A stretch of DNA of 64,000 nt from Anthoceros angustus (taxonomy: Eukaryota; Plantae; Anthocerotophyta), in the NCBI GenBank assembly GCA_010909165.1, contig MU008196.1:186001-250000 (forward strand), read 5' to 3'. The first letter of the stretch is position 1. Each line of letters begins with the position of its first letter. The notes under the pieces are model-generated. The model searched no databases. It was not told the DNA's origin and saw nothing but the letters and a program-made list of their open reading frames with translations. Positions 29,240 to 41,000 of the stretch are shown one piece after another. The position numbers and the translations under genes were made by a program.

Positions 29240-32215
29240 TCTTCCTCCCACAATCATATATGTTGATTTTTCCTATGAGGTCAATGTCACAACATGGGCG
29301 TTATTGGCCAGTCAATTGATCAATTTGACAAAAACTCCCTACTGCTCTTGGACATGTACAATGTGTTCCACAAGTTGATCTAGCACAAGCGAACACAACA
29401 AAAAAAGCCCATTCATGTTTTGAAAGAAAAGCAAGACAACCGCAATCCAGAATGAAGCACAATAATTGATTGTCCACCCTTTGGCCCATACATGACATGC
29501 TTACCCCAATTTTCAAAGCGTCTTTCTTGCCTTGGCTTCCCAAATATGCTGCTCACATGCAAAGCATGCCCTGAAGAGAAACCTCCCACAACCCCTATAC
29601 CAAATTCATCCATCTACTACCACCCTCCACCCACCACCAAACCCACCTCCAATATGCTCCTGCCCAACCCTGTCCATCAGTTTGCCTTGCAAAACAACGG
29701 CCCATAGAAAATGATGGAGCTAAGCCAACCGAATATCCCAAGGTGTGTGACTGGAATCAGGTCACAAAGCAGGACACAAATCAACTTGAACAACCAGGAC
29801 AGCATGTGGCCATGCAAACAAGAGGATATGACTACACCATTGTGTTCTAGTTTTAACAAATGGCCAGCACCAAATCCAAAGGTCTTAGTAGATGCTGGAT
29901 CCTGGAGAATGCAGCCCAATCATTTAGTGGGACTGGCACTTCCAGGTGAGGACTTCGAAGCAACTCTCCTCCTTTTCTTATGTCGGCTTGGGCCTTTGTT
30001 TATGCGGTACAAGACTAACTTGTGTATCTCACCTTCCATCTTTGATCGGAGATTTTTCCTGGCAAATTGAATGCAAATTTGGTACAATGCTTGTGCTTTT
30101 TTTCCGATCTCTTGACATCGTCTTCCCTCTTGCTTTTTCCTATGACGTTTTTTCCTTCCAACCATCACACTCGTCCATATCTTCCTCATCTTCTTCATCA
30201 TCCACATCCCCGCCTTTCTATTTTTCCTCTTATGTTTCTGTAATGTTCTTTCCTCCATCAATGTCTTCCTTTACGCTTTTTCTCATCCTTAGATCTAGAC
30301 ATCCCTTTTACCTTCTGCCCATGACCATCCTCCATCACGTTTCTATGTTGTTTCCTTGAAACTCTATTGTGACCAATTTCCAAGTCAAGAAATTTGCCCT
30401 TCATATGATCTGCATTCTTTCTATTCTTTTCCAATTCTGTTTGTATGACATCATGTGCCATACATGGGGCTTAGGGCCCTCAAAACAAATTCATTCTTTC
30501 CTCCATCAATGTCTTCCTTTTGCTGCTACACCATCATCGCTAGGGCTTTGATGGTGTTATTTCTACAACCTTCCCACAACTCCTCCTTGTCCACTTTGTG
30601 GATGACTATTTCTATCATTGATCGCCACATCATACTCAACCTCACTAGTTATCGCTAGCTTCCTTCTCACTATCTCCAAGTAGAGAAAATAAAACAAACT
30701 TTTGAGCAATGCCTTATCATCTTCCTCCCACAATCATATATGTTGATTTTTCCTATGAGGTCAATGTCACAACATGGGCGTTATTGGCCAGTCAATTGAT
30801 CAATTTGACAAAAACTCCCTACTGCTCTTGGACATGTACAATGTGTTCCACAAGTTGATCTAGCACAAGCGAACACAACAAAAAAAGCCCATTCATGTTT
30901 TGAAAGAAAAGCAAGACAACCGCAATCCGTAATGAAGCACAATAATTGATTGTCCACCCTTTGGCCCATACATGACTTACCCCAATTTTCAAAGCGTCTT
31001 TCTTGCCTTGGCTTCCCAAATATGCTGCTCACATGCAAAGCATGCCCAAGAGAAACCTCCCACAACCCCTATACCAAATTCATCCATCTACCACCTCCAC
31101 CCACCACCAAACCCACCTCCAATATGCTCACCTTAACATCCATCAGTTTGCCTTGCAAAACAACGGCCCATAGAAAATGATGGAGCTAAGCCAACGAATA
31201 TCCCAAGGTGTGTGGTGGAATCAGGTCACAAAGCGAGACACAAATCAACTTGAACAACCAGGACAGCATGTGGCCATGCAAACAAGAGGATATGACTACA
31301 CCATTGTGTTCTAGTTTTAACAAATGGCCAGCACCAAATCCAAAGGTCTTAGTAGATGCTGGATCCTGGAGAATGCAGCCCAATCATTTAGTGGGACTGG
31401 CACTTCCAGGTGAGGACTTCGAAGCAACTCTCCTCCTTTTCTTATGTCGGCTTGGGCCTTTGTTGTGCGGTACAGGACTAACATTTGCATCTCCTGCTTC
31501 ACCTGTACTGAAGATCGGAGATTTTCCTGGCAAATTGAATGCAAATTTGGTACAATGCTTGTGCTTCTTTTTTTTCCGATCTCTTCTGACATCGTCTTCC
31601 CTCTTGTGCTCTTTCCTATGACGTTTTTTTTCCTTCCAACCATCACACTCGTCCATATCTTCCTCATCTTCTTCATCATCCACATCCCCCGCCTTTCTAT
31701 TTTTCCTCTTATGTTTCCTGTAATGTTCTTTCCTCCCATCAATGTCTTCCTTTTGCTTTTTCTCATCCTTAGATCTAGACATCCCTTTTACCTTCTGCCC
31801 ATGACCATCCTCCATCACGTTTCTATGTTGTTTCCTTGAAACTCTATTGTGACCAATTTCCAAGTCAAGAAATTTGCCCTTCATATGATCTGCATTCTTT
31901 CTATTCTTTTCCAATTCTGTTTGTATGACATCATGTGCCATACATGGGGGCTTAGGGCCCTCAAAAACAAATTCATTCTTTTCCTTCTTGTCTTCACGCT
32001 CTGCTACACCATCATCAGTCGCTAGGGCTTTGATGGTGTTATTTCTTGCTACAACCTTCCCCACAACTCCTCCTTGTCCACTTTGTGGATGACTATTTCT
32101 ATCATTGATCGCCACATCATACTCAACCTCACTAGTTATCAGGCTAGCTTCCTTCTCACTATCTCCAAGTAGAGAAAATAAAACAGACTTTTTGAGCAAT
32201 GCCTTATCATCTTCT
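29240..32215. repeat. ~1.5-kb tandem duplication of the 3' end of the RS gene (29240-30720 / 30720-32215)
   Basis: Identical C-termini (…SKSSPGSASPTK) at 29920 and 31384. The left copy is frameshifted. Confidence 0.9.
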
Positions 32216-34130
32216 TCCTCTTGGTACCTTTTCGCTGGCCCCATAGACTGATCCAAAGTACTATGCTCTTGTTGTAGCATAGCCATGGACCCATAACCCA
32301 ACAGAGATACACATTGACCTTCTAGCTTGGGCTTTGACTCATCTGCCTTCTGTGTAGGCTTTTTACTCTCTCTACAACGGAATTTTTCATGTTCATGAGC
32401 CTTCATGTCATCCCGCCAATCATCCACAACATTATCATCATCACTCTCATAAGAAGCTGAGACATCAATTTCTCGGCTATGGCGCTCCACCCTTCTGAAG
32501 AGCCTGCTTTGTCGACTAGCCAGATCCTGCTTAGGCAATTTCAACCTCAAGCTGACCTTGAAAGTCTTGCAGTCTTCAATCAATATCGGTAAGCTACATT
32601 GCTGCTCCTTATTGTCAACTTGAACTTCAGAGATGCTAAGCACATCATTAGATGCTTCCCCTCCTGCCCAAATCTGGGCATCGTTGTCGTCTTCAAGCTT
32701 TAATTGTGAGACTCCATTCAAGGTAGGATGCAAGCCTTTGGATGGACTCAACGATATGGAAAGTGATCGAATAGGGGACATAGATAGTTCCTTTTGCCTG
32801 CTATCTTTCTTCAAAGGCTGCTTTTTCATATCAGGGTGACCTTCGACCTCTCCTCCATGGGAGCTCAGAGGAAGCTTTCTCTTTTGATCCTTGTCATCCA
32901 ATTCTTTGACACCTAAAGCTGAATCCCGTTGCGCTTTTTGGCTTCTGCTAGAATCTTTCTTGTAGGGACTTCTGCTGCCACTCCTGCTACTATCCGAAGG
33001 GCTTTCCTTAGGATCTTTGGATATGGGTCTCTTGGGATTATGAGCACCTCTCAGGTCATCACGCCTATGCCTAGGTGATAAATTGAATTCTCTCTGGTGA
33101 CCAGGAGAACGGAACCGTGTCCTGGATCTCCTTCTAACTCTGCTACGACTTCTGCTCCTGCTCCGGCGGGATCGAGGATAATATTCTCGCTCTCGCTCTC
33201 TTTCCCTATCCCAATCCCGTCTAAACGGGTTCCAAGAATAATTTCCACATCCTTTATAATATCCACGCCTTCGATACCTATAGTGATCCCTTACACACGA
33301 GGGAGACACACGATCACGCCGGTAGCGAATAGGCGATCTAGAAACTGACCTGTCACATCGATAGTTGATTGGGGAATGAGACTTTGATCTTGATGCAGAC
33401 CTAGAATGAGATGGAGACTTTGACCTGCTTAACATGCCTTGAGATTAGTACAGCAGCATCATACCAATTGAAATAGTTGCAAGGTTGAAGGCCAGCCATA
33501 CTTATGCTTAATCACATAGATATTGTAGACAAAAACTCCATTCAGGCTTTTGAACGACAAACAAGAGAAATTCAACACAAAAGGCCAATATGCCACATTC
33601 CAAGAACGTCAAAAGAAACTATTCCCACAAAAGCTCTCTTCCACCATTGCCGGTAACAAGCTAAAGAGACCTCGGCATAAATGCAACAATGGATGATGTT
33701 GCAAGGCAGGCCACGGGATGACATATACCACCATGAACTAGGAAAGGAAGGTTGATGACCGAAGAAAACAAGACCGACCTGTTAGGGCTTGCCGTGGCAT
33801 TCTTGCTAGTGACTGGATCTTGCACGACATCGCTGCCTTTGAGTTGCTTGCTGATCTCTGCTGCCCGTGCAGCTGCCATCTCTGCAGCGGACTTGATGTT
33901 TGCAGCACGAGCCTCAGCCTGCTGTGTCGCCATTACTTGCTGCATTAGCAAAACTTGCTGGAACTGAAATTGTTGCATAGCCACCGCCTGCTGCATGATC
34001 ATGGAAAAAGGAGGTGGCTGTATCTTAGAGGACATGGATGTAGACGAGGGCGTCCCGGATGGCATGACCAACCGTGGGGCTTTGGTGAGATCCACATTCA
34101 ATGGGCGGTGGCCCCTTAAATCCATGAATG
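31384..34130 (-). CDS. 3' part of an RRM/RS-domain splicing regulator (SREK1/SRSF11-like, similar to Arabidopsis At3g23900); exons ~34130-33779 and 33424-31384; 5' part degraded or missing
   Basis: RPLNV...MQQAVAMQQFQFQQVLLMQQ..AARAAEISK resembles the post-RRM motif of this family as I recall it. The GT-AG intron 33778-33425, with a TACTAAT branch-like motif, joins in frame (ASPNR|SKSP). An RS-rich and then K/H-rich tail follows. Confidence 0.75.
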
Positions 34131-37083
34131 GCGATCCAAGGCACCGCCTTTCTTGTCTACCCCAAAGGTTTTTGAGGAGTCTGCGAATCAATGGTCCGAT
34201 TGTTTGCAAGGCAATGCCCAAAGTGTGCATCCCAGCCATGTCGTCCCGAAACTTCGCAGATGGATTTTTCGTAAGGTTCCCGCACTATTGGGCAAGGAGG
34301 GAGGCACCACAACAATGAGAGAGAGAGCAAAATAAACCACAAGATGCACAATGGGATAGTCAAGGTGGCTGGCCTAGTTCTTTCGCGATGCCATTGTCTG
34401 ATTACAAGAAGTTTACAAAGCCAATACTATAGCTCTTGCTACTAGTATACTAGTGGTCAGAGCTCTTGTAGTATACTACTACCAGAATGAGCATTATCAC
34501 TGGTAAGTTTATGTAGTAAACATTGCAATAGGAGTTCTCTTTGCAAGCCTTCCATTGTGGCATTCAATAGTTATCGTCTTTGATATCTTAGTTGCTAACC
34601 CCAGGTAAAGCATCAAACTACTTCTTCAACTCTTAAGCTTTCTACTCTATATTGATCCATGAAAATTCAAAGTTGATTGTTGCATAGGTGTCATTGATGC
34701 AACACAACATTAAAACAAACATATCATTCAATCACTTTTCAAGAAAGATAAAGTCGGAAAGATAAGTGCAACCCTTATCTTGGTTGTGAATTAAGGTCTT
34801 ATTTTTGAATAGTTATAGGTATAAGTAAATCAGTATATTAGTACACATATCAAAAATTAAAAATCTAATCACATATATTTTAAAATAATTTTTATAGATA
34901 AATTTTTTTACTTTGCCTAGTGGTATGGCTGATAAAGAATTAATCCATGAGACCATCCTTCTATTGAATTGAATAATATAGATATACCTAACTTATTAGG
35001 TGTAGGGTGGCTACCACTTTATCAACTAGGGTAAGTATAATATAAGATGCTTATTTGATTTAGTCAAATTAGAAAGTATTGTATAAAATAATTTTTATAG
35101 ATAAATTTTTTTACTTTGCCTAGTGGTATGGCTGATAAAGAATTAATCCATGAGACCATCCTTCTATTGAATTGAATAATATAGATATACCTAACTTATT
35201 AGGTGTAGGGTGGCTACCACTTTATCAACTAGGGTAAGTATAATATAAGATGCTTATTTGATTTAGTCAAATTAGAAAGTAATTTGTAGAACTAATTCTT
35301 ACATGTATGATATGACAAAACTATCCAATTTTTATTATGAAATCTTACTTTGAATTGCGTCATGAAGAAATGCTAGATTTTTTATACTAACATGAAGATG
35401 TTCATTTAGCTAATTATGAGTTTTACACTGGACTACTTTCCTTCTTTGCAACTTAGAGTTGTCAACTCTTTGATATTCTATGGCGTCCTGCCATCCACGA
35501 AAAGCTTTCAAGGATAGTGCTCTATATTCACCATGAATCAATAAGTTGCTTCTTGTTAATCTTTCAGGGCTCCTTATACCTTGAGCTTTTATGTAGTAAA
35601 CATTGCAATAGGAGTTCTCTTTGCAAAGCCTTCCATTGTGGCATTCTTGCTAGTATTTATAAGCTCACGAAAAGGAGGTGGCTGTATCTTAGAGGACATG
35701 GATGTAGACGAGGGCGTCCCGGATGGCATGACCAACCGTGGGGCTTTGGTGAGATCCACATTCAATGGGCGGTGGCCCCTTAAATCCATGAATGGCGATC
35801 CAAGGCACCGCCTTTCTTGTCTACCCCAAAGGTTTTTGAGGAGTCTGCGAATCAGTACTGTAGCTATTTGCAAGTTCAAGAGATGCCCGAAAGTGTGCAT
35901 CCCAGAATCATGTCCGCGTACTAAAACTTGCCAAAGACGAATTGTTGGAAGCTTCGCACACTGTGGGCAAGGAGGGAGGCACCACAACAATGAGAGAGAG
36001 AAAGAGCAAAATAAACCCTGAAGATGCACAATGGGATAGTCAAGGTGGCTGGCCTAGTTCTTTGCAGTCTGCCAATACAGTTACAAGAAGTTTACAAGCA
36101 AAGCCAATACTATAGCTCTTGCTACTAGTATACTAGTGGTCAGAGCTCTTGTAGTATACTACTACCAGAATGAGCATTATCACTGGTAAGTTTATGTAGT
36201 AAACATTGCAATAGGAGTTCTCTTTGCAAAGCCTTCCATTGTGGCATTCAATAGTTATCGTCTTTGATATCTTAGTTGCTAACCCCAGGTAAAGCATCAA
36301 ACTACTTCTTCAACTCTTAAGCTTTCTACTCTATATTGATCCATGAAAATTCAAAGTTGATTGTTGCATAGGTGTCATTGATGCAACACAACATTAAAAC
36401 AAACATATCATTCAATCACTTTTCAAGAAAGATAAGGGTACTGGAGAAAGATAAGTGCAACCCTTATCTTGGTTGTGAATTAAGGTCTTATTTTTTGAAT
36501 AGTTATAGGTATAAGTAAATCAGTATATTAGTACACATATCAAAAAATTAAAAAATCTAATCACATATATTTTAAAATAATTTTTATAGATAAATTTTTT
36601 TTACTTTGCCTAGTGGTATGGCTGATAAAGAATTATTTCGCACGAGTCCACCCTTCTATTGAATTGAATAATATAGATATACCTAACTTATTAGGTGTAG
36701 GGTGGCTACCAGCTTTATCAACTAGGGTAAGTATAATATAAGATGCTTATTTGATTTAGTCAAATTAGAAAGTAATTTGTAGAACTAATTCTTACATGTA
36801 TGATATGACAAAACTATCCAATTTTTATTATGAAATCTTACTTTGAATTGCGTCATGAAGAAATGCTAGATTTTTTATACTAACATGAAGATGTTCATTT
36901 AGCTAATTATGAGTTTTACACTGGACTACTTTCCTTCTTTGCAACTTAGAGTTGTCAACTCTTTGATATTCTATGGCGTCCTGCCATCCACGAAAAGCTT
37001 TCAAGGATAGTGCTCTATATTCACCATGAATCAATAAGTTGCTTCTTGTTAATCTTTCAGGGCTCCTTATACCTTGAGCTTTT
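34005..37083. repeat. ~1.6-kb tandem duplication (34005-35590 / ~35670-37083) with a nested ~200-bp duplication
   Basis: The KGGGCILEDMDVDEG segment and the AT-rich block occur twice. Confidence 0.85.
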
Positions 37084-38402
37084 ATCTGTATGTAATTTAA
37101 GGAAGGAGAAAAATCAAAGAATTGCTTGTGAAATCATGAAATGTTTAACTTGAGGTCAATTTCGTAAAATCATTTAATCTACTCTAGAATAGATAATTAT
37201 AGCACATAGCGAGTTTAGAGGCATGTGCTTAAAACCTATATGCGTGCTCACACCCCATTCGGTTTTCTTCTAGTTCAATCGTGAATTTGAGGTTCATGCT
37301 TCTTCTATTAGTTATCGCAATTGTTCCCAAGCTTGTTTGCTCAAAGTATCCTTTCTTTTCTTTTCTCCAAAATTTTTAAGTTGTTCCCAAGCTTGTTTGC
37401 TCAAAGTATCCTTTCTTTTCTTTTCTCCAAAATTTTTAAGTTGTTTAAATTGTTGGACAACGTCAAGTATCATAAGTGGATGTGAAAATAAGTTGATAAT
37501 TATAATGAATGTATGATTATTTTAATGACCATACTTATCCAATCAAACATTTCCATAAAAGATGCCGACAAGCAATATCTTGGAAGCATATAATAAAAAA
37601 TGAAGTCAAAAGTTGCAAGCTATGCGCATCTAGCACGATCTAGATATAAAAATAAATACATACCTCTCGAAATGATTATAGTGTGTCTCTAAGTAACCGT
37701 ACATGATATTGATATTGCTTATCAGCATCAAGTATTTCATGCCATTTGCTCCAAAACAATCATTGACAGCATCCCTTTTAAAAGAAATCTGCCTTAGTAG
37801 CAAGAAAACTTTCATGCTCCATGATTTTTTCATCAATCTTGTAATACTCCCAAGCTCCATGAAGAAAATGATTTTTGTTTCGCACATTTTATGTAGTGGA
37901 ATAATATCTTCTTCATAATTTCTCCGTTCAAAAATATTTTGTACTTTCGTTGGCCTTCTCCAATACAAGAGGGCCAGGAATAGAGTCAACGATCTTAAAA
38001 ACTGTACATAATAGCCAATCCGATGTTTAACTCTAGACACTACATAAATTTTGAGCAAGAAAGACTTTTCATGTTATCAAACAATACTTGCTAGTTAATG
38101 TGTAGAAAGATACACCATGGTCTTTAGCCATAGAAATACACTTTAGCTTTAAATGTAAACATGCTAGCTCCCATAGTAGCAAAATATAAAATTCTCTTTC
38201 TTATTTTCTAGTAGTTTCTTTCTGATAAGTTAAACTCATGTCAATATCGGAATATGTAAAAATATATTATATCTTAAAGTATTACCACCTAGTATTTATA
38301 AGCTCTACGTATGCAAGCAATCACCACAACGTTCCCTCCCTCCAAAGCCAAACGGGCGGATGTTTAACTCGCTATCTAGACTTTGCACCTTTCTTGATGG
38401 CC

Positions 38403-38450
38403 TTCAAGTTCAAGTTCAAGTTCAAGTTCAAGTTCAAGTTCAAGTTCAAG
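38403..38450 (-). repeat. (CTTGAA)8 microsatellite, probable LINE 3' tail
   Basis: On the minus strand, AATAAA (38456-38451) is followed directly by CTTGAA repeats. Confidence 0.85.
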
Positions 38451-38881
38451 TTTATTGAAAGATGTCTCGCGCTGAAGAACTCGCTCGAGGGAGTCTGGCG
38501 CACTCTTCTTAGGGACAACCAAAAATACATATTATACATAGAATTTGTGGGTTCCATGTCAAATTTATTGCCCTAATATTATATATATATCTAATGGATG
38601 CAATATATGACTTTATTGGGAGTTGGTTTTTGGAAGCTTGCCTTGAGTTCTGTCAACTATCACTGTCGGCTTCCATGTGTTGTTTGTCAGGTTTTGTCGT
38701 TTGCAGCTGTTCTACTAGAGGCGATATGTTCTTCCACGATTTTGACTGCCTGAACAAGGAAAGCTCCTAGCATGGGTGGGTCGCCATGAACGTTTTTGGT
38801 TCTTTTGAAGCTGGAGTTGTAGGATGGTGTTAGGAAGGCAGGGGAGAATCTTAGGGAAAAAGAAACAGGTCAAAATGACCT

Positions 38882-41000
38882 TGTAACGAGGAGAGTAAGT
38901 GCCAAACGTGAATGGTAAGGGTGCACCTACCGTGATAGGTAAGCAATCTACTACCGTAGGTGCCTAGGCACCTACCACCGTAGATAGGAGACCTACCATG
39001 GTAGGTAGGCACCTACCACCGTAGGCAGTAACCTATTGGGGTAGGAGGCACAAGAATGAGGCAGGTTAGGGTAGCTATATATATCTTTGTTTAGTGGACT
39101 AGACAAATAGGCCAAAATAGGAAATTAGGTGATTAGAGGCCAATTTGGGAAAATAGGAAAAATAGGGAAAATAGCACGTTAGGATAAGGTGAGTTGAGAA
39201 ACTCCAATCAACGGTGGAAAGGGGGCAACGTGGCGTGCATCCAAGTGAAGGAGCAAGTTTGGAAGATTCAGTTTCTAACTTAGATTTTCATTACCTCTCT
39301 TTCTCACTTACATGCAAGGTTTTGACTCCACAGCAAGGAGCACGAAACTTGAGCAAGGCGCTGCCATAAGAGGAGCTCAACCACGACACTAACAGGGGCA
39401 CGCGCTTGTGTGAAGCAAGAAGAGGGAGGCGCGAGCTAGGAAGAAGGAGGAAATCAATTGGGAAACTGAAGTGGTGATGAAGAAAGGAGAGGAAAAGAGA
39501 GAAGCCATTTGTTAGGAAGCGTGGAAGACTTGTCCAAGCTTGAGAGAGTGCTAGGAGGAGCAAGACGTGCTAGGGTTGAGGAGAGATTGCGGAGAAGAAG
39601 GCTTCCAAACTTGCTGGGAAAGTATAAGAGGTTGTGGGCGCTCTTAAAGAAATTCTCTTTTTGAAGCCACGGGGAGTTGGAAACTTGTGCTAGGAAGGCA
39701 AGATTGCAGGAGCACGGAGAATTGTGAGCAAGGGCGAGGTCAAGGCTGTGGATTATGTGTGGAAATTGTAAGGGAGGAAGATCACCTATCGTGGTAGGAA
39801 TCTGGCAAATAGTGTAAGAACTACAGGAGAAGTGACCCTTTTTCTTAACTTTGTGCAAGGGCTCAACAAGGAAGCCATGATAAGGCCTTCCAAAGTGAAG
39901 GGAAAGGAGGCGGCCACTTAGACCAAGACACCCACAAAGGAAAGCGGGCAGGCAAAGGCAAAGGCAAGAATCCTAAGGAAGGAAGTCCAGACCCCGAAGA
40001 ATGGAAGCTAGATATGCACAATTCACATGCTTTGCAGGGCAATTGTCTTCAAAGGACCTTGCATATTTCATGCCTTGGGCAGCGGAGGAGAATATTCAGC
40101 TAGATTGGGTATATGGAAGACTTGCAACTTATGTCAACTTGCACCAAACAGAGGAGGGAACACCCTCAAGGGTGCCCCAAGGAGAGGCTCCAAGAACATA
40201 AGATGTGAGGGCCAAGAAGGGCCAAGAAGTGGTTCGTAGGGTGGAACCTACCATAGTAGGTACGATACTTACCATAGTAGGTATTGTACCTATGAGGGTA
40301 AGTACCATACTTACCGTGGTATGGACACCAGGGGGCCATGCTAAGCAAGGAGGAAGTGTCCAGGTGGTTTGGAGAGAGACCCACCATAGTTTGGGGGTGA
40401 AGGAAGGGGAATTAGAGAGTGCCTGACACATGTTGCAGGAGATTGAAGGCCACAAGGCAAAGGCTGAAGAAGACAGGAAAGAGAGCTGAAGTTATGGTGC
40501 ACCGAATGCTAGTCATTTGTAAGAGGAGGCCATGGCGGTGCCGAAGCATGTGGAAGTACTCGCAGTGGAATCACGATGTGAGGATGGCATGATAGAATCG
40601 TGTGCTCAACTAGGAGAGGCTGTGGTAGAGCGCTCACGGCAAGCTAAATTTGCAGCTGGGCTGCAAGATGGAGGTGTGGCACAAGAAGGCAATGTTGCAA
40701 ATGGGCTGCAATATGGTGAAGGAATCACAACGGGGTGTGCGTCATGAAGGCGGAATTTGCAGTAGGGCTGTAAGTTGATGTGAAGGGAGGCTGTTGTAGT
40801 GGCCGCGAGGAGAATTGGGCAGTAAGGTGGGCTGATACGAGAGTTGTGGAGGAGTTCGCTAAGGAGGAATGTTGCTAAGGAGCTCGAGGAGTTCACTAGG
40901 GAATAAGTTCAATTTATATAGGATGTGTAATGCGCACACGGGAACTTGGTGTGTTGGATATTAAAGTATAAGAACTCTACAGTCAAGCGTCCTAGTGGTG
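38882..41000. mobile_element. LTR-like insertion (probably Ty3/gypsy) interrupting LINE-A
   Basis: It begins TGTAAC and carries internal CCTACCACCGTAGG-type repeats. No protein domain is recognisable and the boundaries are approximate. Confidence 0.4.

Noticed and set aside
37321-37445. Exact 60-bp tandem duplication
   Set aside because: It is a two-copy non-coding duplication with no further structure, so slippage or artefact is likely.
37630-38058. 142-aa ORF in AT-rich DNA
   Set aside because: It has a non-ATG start, low-complexity composition and no motif.
38238-38576. ORFs with FKFKFK / NLNLNL runs
   Set aside because: They are translations of the (TTCAAG)8 microsatellite.
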